DNA from: a virus
Lineage: Duplodnaviria; Caudoviricetes
Length of the DNA stretch: 37,485 bases
Reading direction: 5' to 3' (one strand)
IMG/VR virus record: IMGVR_UViG_3300037419_000329
Coordinates: 1 to 37,485 of that record
Shown here: positions 8,357 through 17,748 of the stretch, one piece after another
How the letters are laid out: each line of letters begins with the position of its first letter
Position numbering within the stretch: position 1 is the stretch's first letter
Program-made: the position numbers and the translations under genes
The notes under the pieces: model-generated
Told to the model about the DNA's origin: nothing
Databases searched by the model: none
The model's input: only the letters and a program-made list of their open reading frames with translations

Positions 8357-8661
8357 CCATGAACGTCGGCGAGTACGGGCTCGTATTCAACCTGAACGTG
8401 AACTTCGACATCTCGGGCGCGACAACGCTGCAGTTGGCGATCACGCGCCCGGATAACACGACCATCACGGCGACGCCAACTGTCGGATCCGTCGACCTCG
8501 TTACGACCGATAGCGGGACGTTCCTGGCGCACAAGTACTGCATTTACACGTTTGCCACTGGCGATCTGAACCAGGCTGGCACCTACACCGCGCGTCTGAC
8601 GTACACCGACAGCACGAAGCGACTGATTTCTGACCCAACCACTTTTACCGTGAGCATCTGA
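8353..8661 (+). CDS. Ig-like/BppU-N-like adaptor protein
   Basis: DISGAT...RPD...YTFATGDLNQAGTY motif. Confidence 0.55.
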   Translation: MTMNVGEYGLVFNLNVNFDISGATTLQLAITRPDNTTITATPTVGSVDLVTTDSGTFLAHKYCIYTFATGDLNQAGTYTARLTYTDSTKRLISDPTTFTVSI

Positions 8662-8662
8662 C

Positions 8663-9025
8663 ATGCTGAAACCCACCGGCAACCGCATCGTCGTCCGCCT
8701 GGATGAAAACCTGCCGACGGCCATCGAAGGCTTCGTTCTGCCGCCGAAGACCGACGCCTACCGCGCATCGAACGGCGCAATCGAGGGCATGAACCGCGGC
8801 ACGGTCGTCGCAGTGGGTCCGGGCGCTCGTCACCCGAAGACGGACAAGCTGATCCCGATGGCCACGCAGGTGGGCGACGTCGTGCGCTTCTCCGAGCTGG
8901 AGTACCACACGTTCAGCGAAGACGGCCACAAGTACGTGCTCATTTCCGAGATGGACGTGCTGGGTGTGGAGATGCCGCATCCGGCAGATGCGGTGTTGGC
9001 CGGCGCGATGGTGATGGCGGCGTAA
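8663..9025 (+). CDS. groES: Phage-encoded co-chaperonin GroES (Cpn10)
   Basis: MLKPTGNRIVVR...GTVVAVGPG...VGDVVRF...YVLISEMDVLG. Confidence 0.9.
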   Translation: MLKPTGNRIVVRLDENLPTAIEGFVLPPKTDAYRASNGAIEGMNRGTVVAVGPGARHPKTDKLIPMATQVGDVVRFSELEYHTFSEDGHKYVLISEMDVLGVEMPHPADAVLAGAMVMAA

Positions 9026-9478
9026 ATGGGACGTCCGACGTTGTACACCCTCGAGCTTGCCGATGAAATTTGTGAGCGCTTGGGGGAAGGCGAGCCGTTG
9101 CGCCAAATATGCCGTGACGAGCGAATGCCTCATTGGACGACAGTCTACGACTGGAAGACGGCGCACGAGGAGTTTCCCCTACGCATCGCGCGCGCACGCG
9201 AGGCCGGACACGATGCTATCGCTTCGGATTGCCTACAGATTGCCGACGACGGGCTCAACGATACGTATATGGACGAGGACGGCAACAAGCGCACCGATAC
9301 GGACGTCATCCAGCGCTCCAAGCTGCGCATCGAGACGCGCCTGAAGCTGCTCGCAAAGTGGGATCCGAAGCGTTACGGCGACCGCATTACGCAAGAACAT
9401 ACCGGCGCCGACGGCGGCCCGGTCCAAATCGAGAAGATCGAACGTGTCATCGTCCGTCCTGCAAATCCAGACGCCTGA
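9026..9478 (+). CDS. terS: Terminase small subunit (Sf6 gp1-like)
   Basis: MGRPTLYT.ELADEICERLGEGEPLRQIC...P...TVYDW...PKRYGD. Confidence 0.9.
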   Translation: MGRPTLYTLELADEICERLGEGEPLRQICRDERMPHWTTVYDWKTAHEEFPLRIARAREAGHDAIASDCLQIADDGLNDTYMDEDGNKRTDTDVIQRSKLRIETRLKLLAKWDPKRYGDRITQEHTGADGGPVQIEKIERVIVRPANPDA

Positions 9479-10685
9479 AGTCTTCCTGCCGCTGCTGGAT
9501 CCGGCCCGCTATAAGGGCGTGCATGGTGGCCGCGGCTCTGGCAAGTCGCACTTCTTCGGCGAAGCGCTGATTGAGCGCTGCATCATGCAGAAGACGGACG
9601 CCGTGTGCATCCGTGAGAATCAGAAGTCGCTTGATCAGTCGGTCAAGAAGCTGCTCGAGAACAAAATCGAGTCGATGAACGCCGGAGCCTACTTCGAGGT
9701 GCAGGACAAGAAGATCCGCGCGCGCAACGGTGGCCTGATCATCTTCCAGGGCATGCAGAACCACACCGCAGAGTCGATCAAGTCACTGGAAGGCTACGAC
9801 ATCGCATGGGTGGAAGAGGCGCAGACGCTGTCGCAGCGAAGCCTTGACATGCTGCGCCCGACCATCCGTAAGCCGGGCTCGGAGATCTGGTTCAGCTGGA
9901 ACCCGCGCTTCGACACGGACCCGGTGGACGTGCTGCTTCGCGGAGAGACGCCGCCGCCGAACTCGATCGTGCTCGAGGCGAACTACCACGACAACCCGTG
10001 GTTCCCCGACGTGCTGCGCGACGAGATGGAGTACGACCGCAAGCGCGACGTCGACAAGTACACGCACATCTGGCTAGGTCAGTACCAGCAGAACAGCGAG
10101 GCGCGCGTATTCAAGAACTGGACCGTCGAAGAGTTCGAGGTCGACGAAACTGCTGTCATCCGCCAGGGCGCGGACTGGGGCTTCTCGGTCGATCCGACAG
10201 TGCTGGTGCAGTGCTACATCGTCGGCCGCAAGCTGTATGTGCCCTACGAGGCCTATCGCGTGGGTTGCGACATCGTCGATACGCCGGCGCTGTTCATGAC
10301 GGTGCCAAATAGCGAACGCTGGCCGATCACTGCCGACAATGCGCGGCCGGAGACGATCAGCCATATGAGGAAGAACGGCTTTCCGAAGATCATGCCGGCC
10401 GTGAAAGGCGCGAAATCGCTCGAGGAAGGCGTCGAGTTCTTGAAGTCGTTCGACATCATCGTGCACCCGCGCTGCAAGCACCTGATCGATGAGCTGACCC
10501 TTTACAAGTACAAGGAAGACCCTTTGACCGGGACCGTCATGCCTGTACTGGATGACAAAGACAACCACGTCATCGATGCGCTGCGTTACGCCTGCGAGGG
10601 CGCTCGCCGTGCGCAGAAACCGCAGGCTGTGAGCCGCGTCATCGCGCCGCCGCAGCAGTTTCACCCCGAATCTTGGATGGGCTAA
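9444..10685 (+). CDS. terL: Terminase large subunit (PBSX family)
   Basis: GGRGSGKS Walker A, WVEEA Walker B, SWNP, DWG, DNH.IDALRY. Confidence 0.95.
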   Translation: MSSSVLQIQTPEVFLPLLDPARYKGVHGGRGSGKSHFFGEALIERCIMQKTDAVCIRENQKSLDQSVKKLLENKIESMNAGAYFEVQDKKIRARNGGLIIFQGMQNHTAESIKSLEGYDIAWVEEAQTLSQRSLDMLRPTIRKPGSEIWFSWNPRFDTDPVDVLLRGETPPPNSIVLEANYHDNPWFPDVLRDEMEYDRKRDVDKYTHIWLGQYQQNSEARVFKNWTVEEFEVDETAVIRQGADWGFSVDPTVLVQCYIVGRKLYVPYEAYRVGCDIVDTPALFMTVPNSERWPITADNARPETISHMRKNGFPKIMPAVKGAKSLEEGVEFLKSFDIIVHPRCKHLIDELTLYKYKEDPLTGTVMPVLDDKDNHVIDALRYACEGARRAQKPQAVSRVIAPPQQFHPESWMG

Positions 10686-12799
10686 TGAGCGAAATCATCA
10701 GTGAAATGCGCCGCCGGCTGAACCTGGCGCGCGAAGCGGAGGGCGGGAACCGAGCGGACATGCTCGAAGACCTGCGCTTTAGCTTCGGCGAGCAGTGGCC
10801 GGCCGCAATGAAGATGGCACGCCAGCAGGAAGGCCGCCCGGCGCTCACGATCAACAAGACCGACACGTTCGTGCGGTCAGTCGTCAACAACATGCGGGCC
10901 GCCCGCCCGCGCATCCGCGTGCATCCTGTGTCCGATGGCGCCGACGTCAAGAAGGCGGACGTGATCGAAGGCCTGATTCGCCACATCGAGGTGAATAGCA
11001 ACGCCGATCTGGCCTACGACACGGGCGCCGAGTACCAGACCCGCGCCGGCGAGGGCTATTGGCGTGTCGCGTCACGATATGTCGCTGACGACAGCTTCGA
11101 TCAAGAGCTGTATATCGATCGCATCCGCAACCCGTTCACGGTCTACATGGACCCATCGGCCACGATGCCGGACGGCTCGGATGCTGACTGGTGCATCCTC
11201 ACTTCGTCGATGAAGAAGTCCGCGTTCCGCAAGAAGTATCCGCGCGCAAAGGTGGCAGACGTCAACGACCTAGGTCCAGGCGACGACAAAGCCGTGTGGG
11301 CGAGCGCTGAAGAGGTCATCGTCGCCGAGTATTACCGCTTCGAAGACCGCGAAGACGAGCTCTGGCTGCTATCCACGGGCGACAAGGTCCTGAAAAGCCG
11401 GTCGCCGATGACCGAGCATGACCTGCTGGTCACGTACAACGCGCGCGTCGTCCACCGCCGGCCGACCACCTCGCGCCAATTGAAGTGGTCCCTGTGCACC
11501 GCGGTGGAAGAGCTCGACGAGCGCGAACTCCCGGGCAAGTACATCCCTGTCATCCGCGTTGTCGGCGCCGAGATGATCGAAGACGGCAAAGTGATCCGCT
11601 TCGGCATGGTCCGTCAGTTGAAGGATCCGCAACGCATGTACAACTACTGGCGCACGCAGGAGACGGAATTCGTCGCCCTGGCGCCGCTGGCACCGTGGCT
11701 GATGGCTGAAGGCCAGGATGAAGGCTACGAGGACGAGTGGCGCAATGCCAACCGCAAGTCGTACTCTCGCCTTAAGTACAAGCCTGTGCTGGGCGAGGAC
11801 CAGCAGCAGCTGCCCCCGCCGCAGCGTCTGGCGCCGCAGCAGATTCCGGCTGCAAGCGTAAATGCCGCGATGGCAGCATCCGACGACCTGAAGGCCGTGG
11901 CCGGCATGTTCGATCCGGCGTTGGGCGCCGAAGGAAACGAGACGTCCGGCACGATGGTCCGCGCCCGCCAGGGTCAGTCGGACATGTCGAATTACCACTT
12001 CTACGACAACCTGACGCGCGCCATCCGCCACACGGGCGTGGTCATTCTCGACCTCATCCCGCACTACTACGACACGCAGCGTGTCATCCGCATCCTTGGC
12101 ATTGACGGCGTGCCGCAAACGGTCACGATCAATGAGAAGCAGCGGGATCAGATGGGCGCGATTCAGCAGGTGCTGAACGACGTCACCGTCGGCTGCTATG
12201 ACGTCGTGATGGACACTGGCCCCGGCTACCAGACCAAGCGCCAGGAGAACAGCGAAATGCTGCTTGGCCTGCTCAAGACCATGCCGCAGGTTGCGCAGAC
12301 CGCCGGCGACCTCGTCGTGCGTCAGATGGACTTCGAGGCCGCGCAGGACGTCGCCGATCGCCTCGCCGCGGCAAACCCGCTCGCTATGGCCGAGAAGAAG
12401 CTGCCGGACGACCTGCCGGACGACGTCAAGGCATTCATTGCTCACCTCATGGGCGCGAACCAGCAGATGCAGCAGGCGCTGCAGCAGGCCGAGCTCGAGA
12501 AGAAGTACCGCATGGGCGTCGAGCAGCTTCGCCAGCAGGGCAAGCTGCAGTCCGATCAACTGTGGGCTCAGCACGAGAGCGAGCAAGAGCGCATCCGCCA
12601 AGAGGGCGAGAACCGCCGCTTGCTCGCCAAAGAGCATTCCGCCGACATGCGCGAAGAGGTAAGGTCGCGCACGAAGCTCGAAGACACGCAGATGCGCAAC
12701 GACGAATCGCGCTTCGAGGCCCTCCTCGATGCGCACACCGATTTGAAGCTGGGCCAGGACCGCGGCCCAAACAATGAATTCCACCGCGAGCACGCGTAG
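10685..12799 (+). CDS. Portal protein (P22-like)
   Basis: GEQW...RPALTIN, KDPQRMYNY, C-terminal Q-rich coiled coil (barrel); follows terL. Confidence 0.9.
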   Translation: MSEIISEMRRRLNLAREAEGGNRADMLEDLRFSFGEQWPAAMKMARQQEGRPALTINKTDTFVRSVVNNMRAARPRIRVHPVSDGADVKKADVIEGLIRHIEVNSNADLAYDTGAEYQTRAGEGYWRVASRYVADDSFDQELYIDRIRNPFTVYMDPSATMPDGSDADWCILTSSMKKSAFRKKYPRAKVADVNDLGPGDDKAVWASAEEVIVAEYYRFEDREDELWLLSTGDKVLKSRSPMTEHDLLVTYNARVVHRRPTTSRQLKWSLCTAVEELDERELPGKYIPVIRVVGAEMIEDGKVIRFGMVRQLKDPQRMYNYWRTQETEFVALAPLAPWLMAEGQDEGYEDEWRNANRKSYSRLKYKPVLGEDQQQLPPPQRLAPQQIPAASVNAAMAASDDLKAVAGMFDPALGAEGNETSGTMVRARQGQSDMSNYHFYDNLTRAIRHTGVVILDLIPHYYDTQRVIRILGIDGVPQTVTINEKQRDQMGAIQQVLNDVTVGCYDVVMDTGPGYQTKRQENSEMLLGLLKTMPQVAQTAGDLVVRQMDFEAAQDVADRLAAANPLAMAEKKLPDDLPDDVKAFIAHLMGANQQMQQALQQAELEKKYRMGVEQLRQQGKLQSDQLWAQHESEQERIRQEGENRRLLAKEHSADMREEVRSRTKLEDTQMRNDESRFEALLDAHTDLKLGQDRGPNNEFHREHA

Positions 12800-12810
12800 T
12801 GCACCCCGCC

Positions 12811-12833
12811 TACCGATGGGTTTGCATCGGGTA
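12811..12833 (+). promoter_or_regulatory. Hairpin upstream of the scaffold gene (possible translational operator)
   Basis: CCGATG-GGTTTG-CATCGG stem, extendable by TAC/GTA. Confidence 0.4.
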
Positions 12834-12848
12834 AATCCGTGAGAAATC

Positions 12849-13733
12849 ATGCCCCCTGAGAACGACAATTCGACGACCGCACGTCAAGCGGAGCGCGTCC
12901 AACCAACCGTTGTGACGAGCGAAACCATCGCGACCATGTATTCCGGTACTCCCCCGACAGCGGAGCCGCCCAAGGACGAGCCGAAAGACGCGCCCAAGGA
13001 CGAAATCAAGGCCGATGGTGAAACGGGAGAGAAGCGCGCCAAGAAGCCCATTTCCGAGCGCATGTCCGAACTGGTCAGCCAGCGTAAGGCAGCTGAAACC
13101 GAGGCACAGCAGGCAAAGCGGGAATCCGCCGAACTGCGCGCCCGGCTGGAAGCCATGTCCGCCCAGGCTGCACCGGTGAAGGAAGAGCCGCGCCCCGATC
13201 GTTCCAAGTTCGCATCGGACGAGGATTACATCGAGGCGGTCGCCGAATGGAAGGCCGATCAGCGGCTCGCCAAACGCGAACAGGAACAGGCCGAGGCTCG
13301 CGCCAAGGCTGAACGCGATCAGCTCGTGAAAGGCTGGCAGGACGCCCAGCAACGCGCCCGCGCCGAGATCGAAGATTACGACGACGTGATCAAGGGCTCG
13401 GACGTGCAACTGCCTGGCCACCTGCATCAAGCGATCCTCGAAAGCGAGGTCGGTCCGCATCTGGCGTACTACTTCGCGAAGCATCCCGACGAGGCGAAAC
13501 GCTATGCGTCGATGTCTCCGACGAAGTCGCTGCGCGAGCTCGGCCGCCTAGAGGATCGCCTTGGTAATGACGATGAACCGCCTGCTCAAAAGCCATCTCC
13601 CAAAGCTGAAGTCGAAAAATCGAAGGCGCCCCCCCCAATCACTCCGGTGAAAGACGGCCGCGCGGCAGACCCAGGCCCTGCAAAGAGCTTCGAGGAATAC
13701 CGCGCCCGTCGCCTCGCTGAGCGAAAACGGTAA
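12849..13733 (+). CDS. Scaffolding protein
   Basis: Charged coiled-coil protein between portal and coat; basic C-terminal helix. Confidence 0.8.
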   Translation: MPPENDNSTTARQAERVQPTVVTSETIATMYSGTPPTAEPPKDEPKDAPKDEIKADGETGEKRAKKPISERMSELVSQRKAAETEAQQAKRESAELRARLEAMSAQAAPVKEEPRPDRSKFASDEDYIEAVAEWKADQRLAKREQEQAEARAKAERDQLVKGWQDAQQRARAEIEDYDDVIKGSDVQLPGHLHQAILESEVGPHLAYYFAKHPDEAKRYASMSPTKSLRELGRLEDRLGNDDEPPAQKPSPKAEVEKSKAPPPITPVKDGRAADPGPAKSFEEYRARRLAERKR

Positions 13734-13752
13734 AGCGCCGCAAACCACCCCT

Positions 13753-13780
13753 AAGGCCCGCCACTGAGCGGGCCTTTTTC
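13753..13780 (+). terminator. Terminator-like hairpin between scaffold and coat
   Basis: AAGGCCCGC-CACTGA-GCGGGCCTTTTT. Confidence 0.65.
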
Positions 13781-13793
13781 ATTGGAGGACACC

Positions 13794-15110
13794 ATGTCCG
13801 GAAATACCTTGCTTAACATCGTCGACATCACCAACGAAGGGCTGATGATCTTCGAAAACGAACTCGTCCTGGCTGACAAGATCAACCGCGAGTACGACGA
13901 CCGCTTCGGCATCGACGGTGCCAAGATCGGTTACACGACCAACGTCCGCCGCCCGGCCCGCTACAAAGGCACCGCGGGCCCGGCGCTGAACATCGAGGGC
14001 ACCGTCGAGTCGAGCATCCCGGTCTCGCTGACCACGCAGTTCCACGTCGACACGCAGTTCCAGACGTCGGATCTGCTGCTGTCGATGGACATGTTCTCGA
14101 AGCGCGTCCTGCAACCGGCGATCGCAACCCTCGCCAACCGCGTGGACTACGACGTCGCGATCGGCATGCGCAACAACTTCTTCAACATCGTCGGCACACC
14201 GGGCACCGCCCCGACCACGACTGCCCCGTTCCTCCAGGCCGGCGCCTGGCTGGATTCGGAAGCTGTGCCGCGCGACGGCAATCGCTACATGGTCATGGAC
14301 CAGTGGACGCAAGCCTCGATGGTCGGCGGTCTGCAAGGCCTGTTCAACCCGCAGGCGCAGATCGGCGAGCAGTACAAGAAGGGCATGATGTCGCGCCAGA
14401 CGCTGGGCTTTGACTGGTACATGGACCAGAACATCACGGCCAAGACCTTCGGCGCCCTGGGCGGCACCCCGCAGTACGACAACACGCAGACGTCGTCGGC
14501 CATCATCAGCGATGGCTGGGTGTCGTCGGGCACGCTGGGCACCAAGGGCTGGACTAACAGCACCGCGGTCGTGAAAGTCGGCGACGTATTCTCGATCGCC
14601 AACGTCAATGCTGTGAACCCGCAGAACCGCCAGAGCGTCGGCAAGGCTCGTTACTTCGTCGTGCTGCCCCCGTCGGGCACGCCGTCGAACGGCACCTACG
14701 CACCGAACTACGACCCCGTGACCGGCGCCGACATGGGCGGCACCTACACGTCGGATGGTTCCGGCAAGCTGCAACTGACCGTGGCGAACGCCTGTATCAC
14801 CGGCGGCGCGTTCCAGTCGGTCGATGCCGCACCGGCCAACAGCGCGAACCTGACGTTCGTCGCAGGCTCGGGCGCTTCGGGTCCGCAGAACCTGGCCTTC
14901 CACCGTGATGCGTACACGCTGGTGTCGGCTGACCTGCCGCTGCCGGGCGGTGTCGACATGGCTGCTCGTGCATCGCACAAGGGCATCGGCATGTCGATCC
15001 GTGTCGTTCGCCAGTACACGGTGAACAACGACGCCCTGCCGACCCGTCTCGACATCCTGTACGGCCACGCCCCGCTCTATCGCGAGATGGGCTGCCGCGT
15101 CTCGGGCTAA
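13794..15110 (+). CDS. Major capsid protein (P22 coat gp5 family)
   Basis: GAKIG.T..VRRP, MDQN, NLAFHRDA, RLDILYG motifs; GGAGG RBS. Confidence 0.92.
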   Translation: MSGNTLLNIVDITNEGLMIFENELVLADKINREYDDRFGIDGAKIGYTTNVRRPARYKGTAGPALNIEGTVESSIPVSLTTQFHVDTQFQTSDLLLSMDMFSKRVLQPAIATLANRVDYDVAIGMRNNFFNIVGTPGTAPTTTAPFLQAGAWLDSEAVPRDGNRYMVMDQWTQASMVGGLQGLFNPQAQIGEQYKKGMMSRQTLGFDWYMDQNITAKTFGALGGTPQYDNTQTSSAIISDGWVSSGTLGTKGWTNSTAVVKVGDVFSIANVNAVNPQNRQSVGKARYFVVLPPSGTPSNGTYAPNYDPVTGADMGGTYTSDGSGKLQLTVANACITGGAFQSVDAAPANSANLTFVAGSGASGPQNLAFHRDAYTLVSADLPLPGGVDMAARASHKGIGMSIRVVRQYTVNNDALPTRLDILYGHAPLYREMGCRVSG

Positions 15111-15128
15111 TCGCCGACCCTCAACCTA

Positions 15129-15146
15129 GCCCCGCTTCGGCGGGGC
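15129..15146 (+). other. Stable UUCG hairpin after the coat gene, no U tract
   Basis: GCCCCGC-TTCG-GCGGGGC. Confidence 0.6.
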
Positions 15147-15165
15147 GCAATTACTGGAGAATTCC

Positions 15166-15546
15166 ATGTCCACTACCAACCTGGGGCCGGCCGTTACCAC
15201 TTCCGGTCCGAACGGCCTTCCCTTCGGCAACGTGCAGCAGCTCGCCCTGCTGGCCGTTGCGCTTACCCCTGCGCAGGTCGCAGCCAATACCACGGCCGAG
15301 CAGACCTTCACCGTCAACGGCCTTGTGGTCGGCGACTTCGTGGAGGTCAACAAGCCGACCACGCAGGCTGGTCTCGGCGTCGTCAATGCTCGCGTGAGTG
15401 CAGCTAACACCCTGGCGATCACGTTCTCGAACAACACCGCTTCCGGCATCACGCCGACGGCTGGCGAGAGCTACCAAGTGATGGTCGTGCGTCCGATCGC
15501 GAGCGCCCTGACCGGCGGTCTGCCGTCGGCCCTGCCGCTGCCGTAA
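15166..15546 (+). CDS. Probable capsid decoration/cement protein
   Basis: Small beta-rich protein right after the coat gene; EQTFTVNGL..GD.V motif. Confidence 0.65.
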   Translation: MSTTNLGPAVTTSGPNGLPFGNVQQLALLAVALTPAQVAANTTAEQTFTVNGLVVGDFVEVNKPTTQAGLGVVNARVSAANTLAITFSNNTASGITPTAGESYQVMVVRPIASALTGGLPSALPLP

Positions 15547-15553
15547 TCCACCT

Positions 15554-15576
15554 GGGCCGGGTAAGCCCGGCCCTTT
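15554..15576 (+). terminator. Hairpin/weak terminator
   Basis: GGGCCGGG-TAAG-CCCGGCCC-TTT. Confidence 0.5.
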
Positions 15577-15589
15577 CGAATTCCTGAAC

Positions 15590-16312
15590 ATGACCACTGC
15601 CTACGACATCATCCACGGAGCACTTCGCAAGATCGGCGCGATTGCCGTCGGCGAGACGCTCGCGCCCGAGGACAGCACGACCGGCCTCGAGCAGTTGAAC
15701 GCGTTGCTCGACATGTGGAGCACTGAGCATCTGGCCGTGTTCAACAACAACGAGTATGTGCTGCAGCTCCAAGCGGGCAAATCCACGTACACGATAGGCG
15801 CCGGCGGCGATTTCAATATCGCCCGCCCGCTGAGGCTGTCTGGCGCATACACGCGACTGCAGCCGACCGGATCGACCGTCGACTATCCGTGTGCCGAAGT
15901 CGACTTCAGCCGTTACGCACGCATCGGCATCAAGAACCAGCCGGGACCTTGGCCGAAGGTCATGTATTTCAACACGTCATTCCCCCTGGCGCAGTTGATC
16001 TTCTGGCCGGTCCCATCGCAGAACGCCGAGTTTCACCTGTGGACCGACATGGTGTTTTCGCAGTTCGCGAACCTCACCGACACGGTGACGCTGCCGCAAG
16101 GCTACATGATCGCTCTGCAGGCTAATCTCGGCCTGATGCTCGCGCCTGAATACGGCGTGCAGCCTTCGCCTGAGTTGATGCAACTGGCGCGATCGTCCAA
16201 GAAGGTGCTCAAGGCACTGAACGCCACGCCGACAGCGGCGTCGACATATGACGGGTCTCTAGTGGCTGGCAACGCGAACGACGCTGGGTGGATCCTTACC
16301 GGGGGCTTCTGA
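15590..16312 (+). CDS. Head-to-tail adaptor (P22 gp4-like position)
   Basis: TAYDII.GALRKIG...GE...LN.LLD.W; LAPEYG. Confidence 0.75.
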   Translation: MTTAYDIIHGALRKIGAIAVGETLAPEDSTTGLEQLNALLDMWSTEHLAVFNNNEYVLQLQAGKSTYTIGAGGDFNIARPLRLSGAYTRLQPTGSTVDYPCAEVDFSRYARIGIKNQPGPWPKVMYFNTSFPLAQLIFWPVPSQNAEFHLWTDMVFSQFANLTDTVTLPQGYMIALQANLGLMLAPEYGVQPSPELMQLARSSKKVLKALNATPTAASTYDGSLVAGNANDAGWILTGGF

Positions 16313-17748
16313 TGCCTGAATTCGCATTCGTCGGCCCCGCGTACGAGGCCGCCAACCCGCTGCAGGATGCCCAGCGCCTGATCAACTGGTATGTAGAAGT
16401 CGACCAGAACAGCGAGGCGAAGGCGCCACTTGCGCTGCTGGGCACCCCGGGCCTTGTCTCTGTGGTAACTGGCCCGACTGCGCCGGTCCGCGGCATGTGG
16501 ACGCTCCCCGGAAATAAGAACGGCGTAGTCGTCATCGGAAACAAAGCTTATCTGTTCGATGGCTTCATTCTGACGCTAATCGGAGCCCTTGAAACGTCAA
16601 CCGGCCAAGTCTGGATACGCGACAACGGCAGCGGCCATGTCGTCGCGATTGCTGACGGGACAAACATTTACGGGTACCACCTGCTCGATGGAACGTGGAC
16701 CGCTGTCGGCTCGTTCGCACGCGGCGTCGCGTTCATCGACGGTTGGCTGACTTTCGGGCAGCCGGGGTCGCAGCAATTCTTTACGTCGCCCGTCTACTGG
16801 AACGGAGTGGCTCCCTTCGACAGTACCTACTTCGCCTTAAAGGATGCAGCGTCGGACAACCTGACGATGACGATTGAGCACAACCGGCAGCTGTGGCTGA
16901 TTGGCGAACGCACCACCGAAGTGTGGTATGACGCCGGCGGCAGCTACTTCCCCTACTCTCGCCTGCAGGGAGCAATGCTCGACGTCGGCTGCCAAGCGCC
17001 GGGCAGCGTGTGCCGTACCGGCAAGGGCCTGATCTGGCTTGGGCGATCGGAGCGCGGCGAGAACGTCGTTGTGCTGACCCAGGACTACGACTATCAGCCG
17101 GTAAGCACGCAGGCTGTCTCGTACCAGATTTCGCAGTATTCCACGGTGAGCGATGCGATCGCATTCGTCTACAGCGAAGAGGGACATGAGTTCTACCAGA
17201 TCACGTTCCCGACCGCTGACGCCACATGGGTGTTCGATCTGACGACCGGCATGTGGCATCAGCGGGCCAGCTTCGACGCCAGCACCGGGACATTCCATCG
17301 GCATCGTGCGAACTGCTGCATGAACCTGAACGGCAAGGTGTATGTCGGCGACTACGCAAACGGGACGATCTACGAATATACGCGCAAGGCGTACGACGAC
17401 GCCGGCGCACCGCTCGTGGCAGTTCGGCGCACACCACACGTGTGGGACAAGGGCGAGCGCAACCGCGTCCGCCAGACTTGGCTGCAGATCGAGTTCACAC
17501 CTGGCCAGGGCCTGACGACCGGTCAGGGTAGCGACCCTCAGATCATGATGCGCATGTCGAACGACAGCGGCTTCAGCTGGGGGAATGAGCATTGGACGAG
17601 TATTGGTCAGATCGGCGAGTTCACCCGGCGTGCAATCTATCGCCGCCTCGGCATGGCACGTGATCGCGTGTATGAGGTTCGAATTTCCGATCCAGTACCG
17701 CGCGATGTTGTCGGCGCCACGCTGCGTGGCACGGGGACGCAGGCATGA
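16312..17748 (+). CDS. Tail hub / DNA stabilization protein (P22 gp10-like)
   Basis: INWY...GTPGL, beta-propeller-like repeats, S.D.G..W...RRLG..RDRVYE. Confidence 0.85.
   Translation: MPEFAFVGPAYEAANPLQDAQRLINWYVEVDQNSEAKAPLALLGTPGLVSVVTGPTAPVRGMWTLPGNKNGVVVIGNKAYLFDGFILTLIGALETSTGQVWIRDNGSGHVVAIADGTNIYGYHLLDGTWTAVGSFARGVAFIDGWLTFGQPGSQQFFTSPVYWNGVAPFDSTYFALKDAASDNLTMTIEHNRQLWLIGERTTEVWYDAGGSYFPYSRLQGAMLDVGCQAPGSVCRTGKGLIWLGRSERGENVVVLTQDYDYQPVSTQAVSYQISQYSTVSDAIAFVYSEEGHEFYQITFPTADATWVFDLTTGMWHQRASFDASTGTFHRHRANCCMNLNGKVYVGDYANGTIYEYTRKAYDDAGAPLVAVRRTPHVWDKGERNRVRQTWLQIEFTPGQGLTTGQGSDPQIMMRMSNDSGFSWGNEHWTSIGQIGEFTRRAIYRRLGMARDRVYEVRISDPVPRDVVGATLRGTGTQA

Noticed and set aside
11369-12868. 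499-aa minus-strand ORF
   Set aside because: Antisense shadow of the portal gene caused by GC-rich codon bias; no RBS or recognisable motifs
13779-15068. 429-aa minus-strand ORF
   Set aside because: In-register antisense shadow of the coat gene
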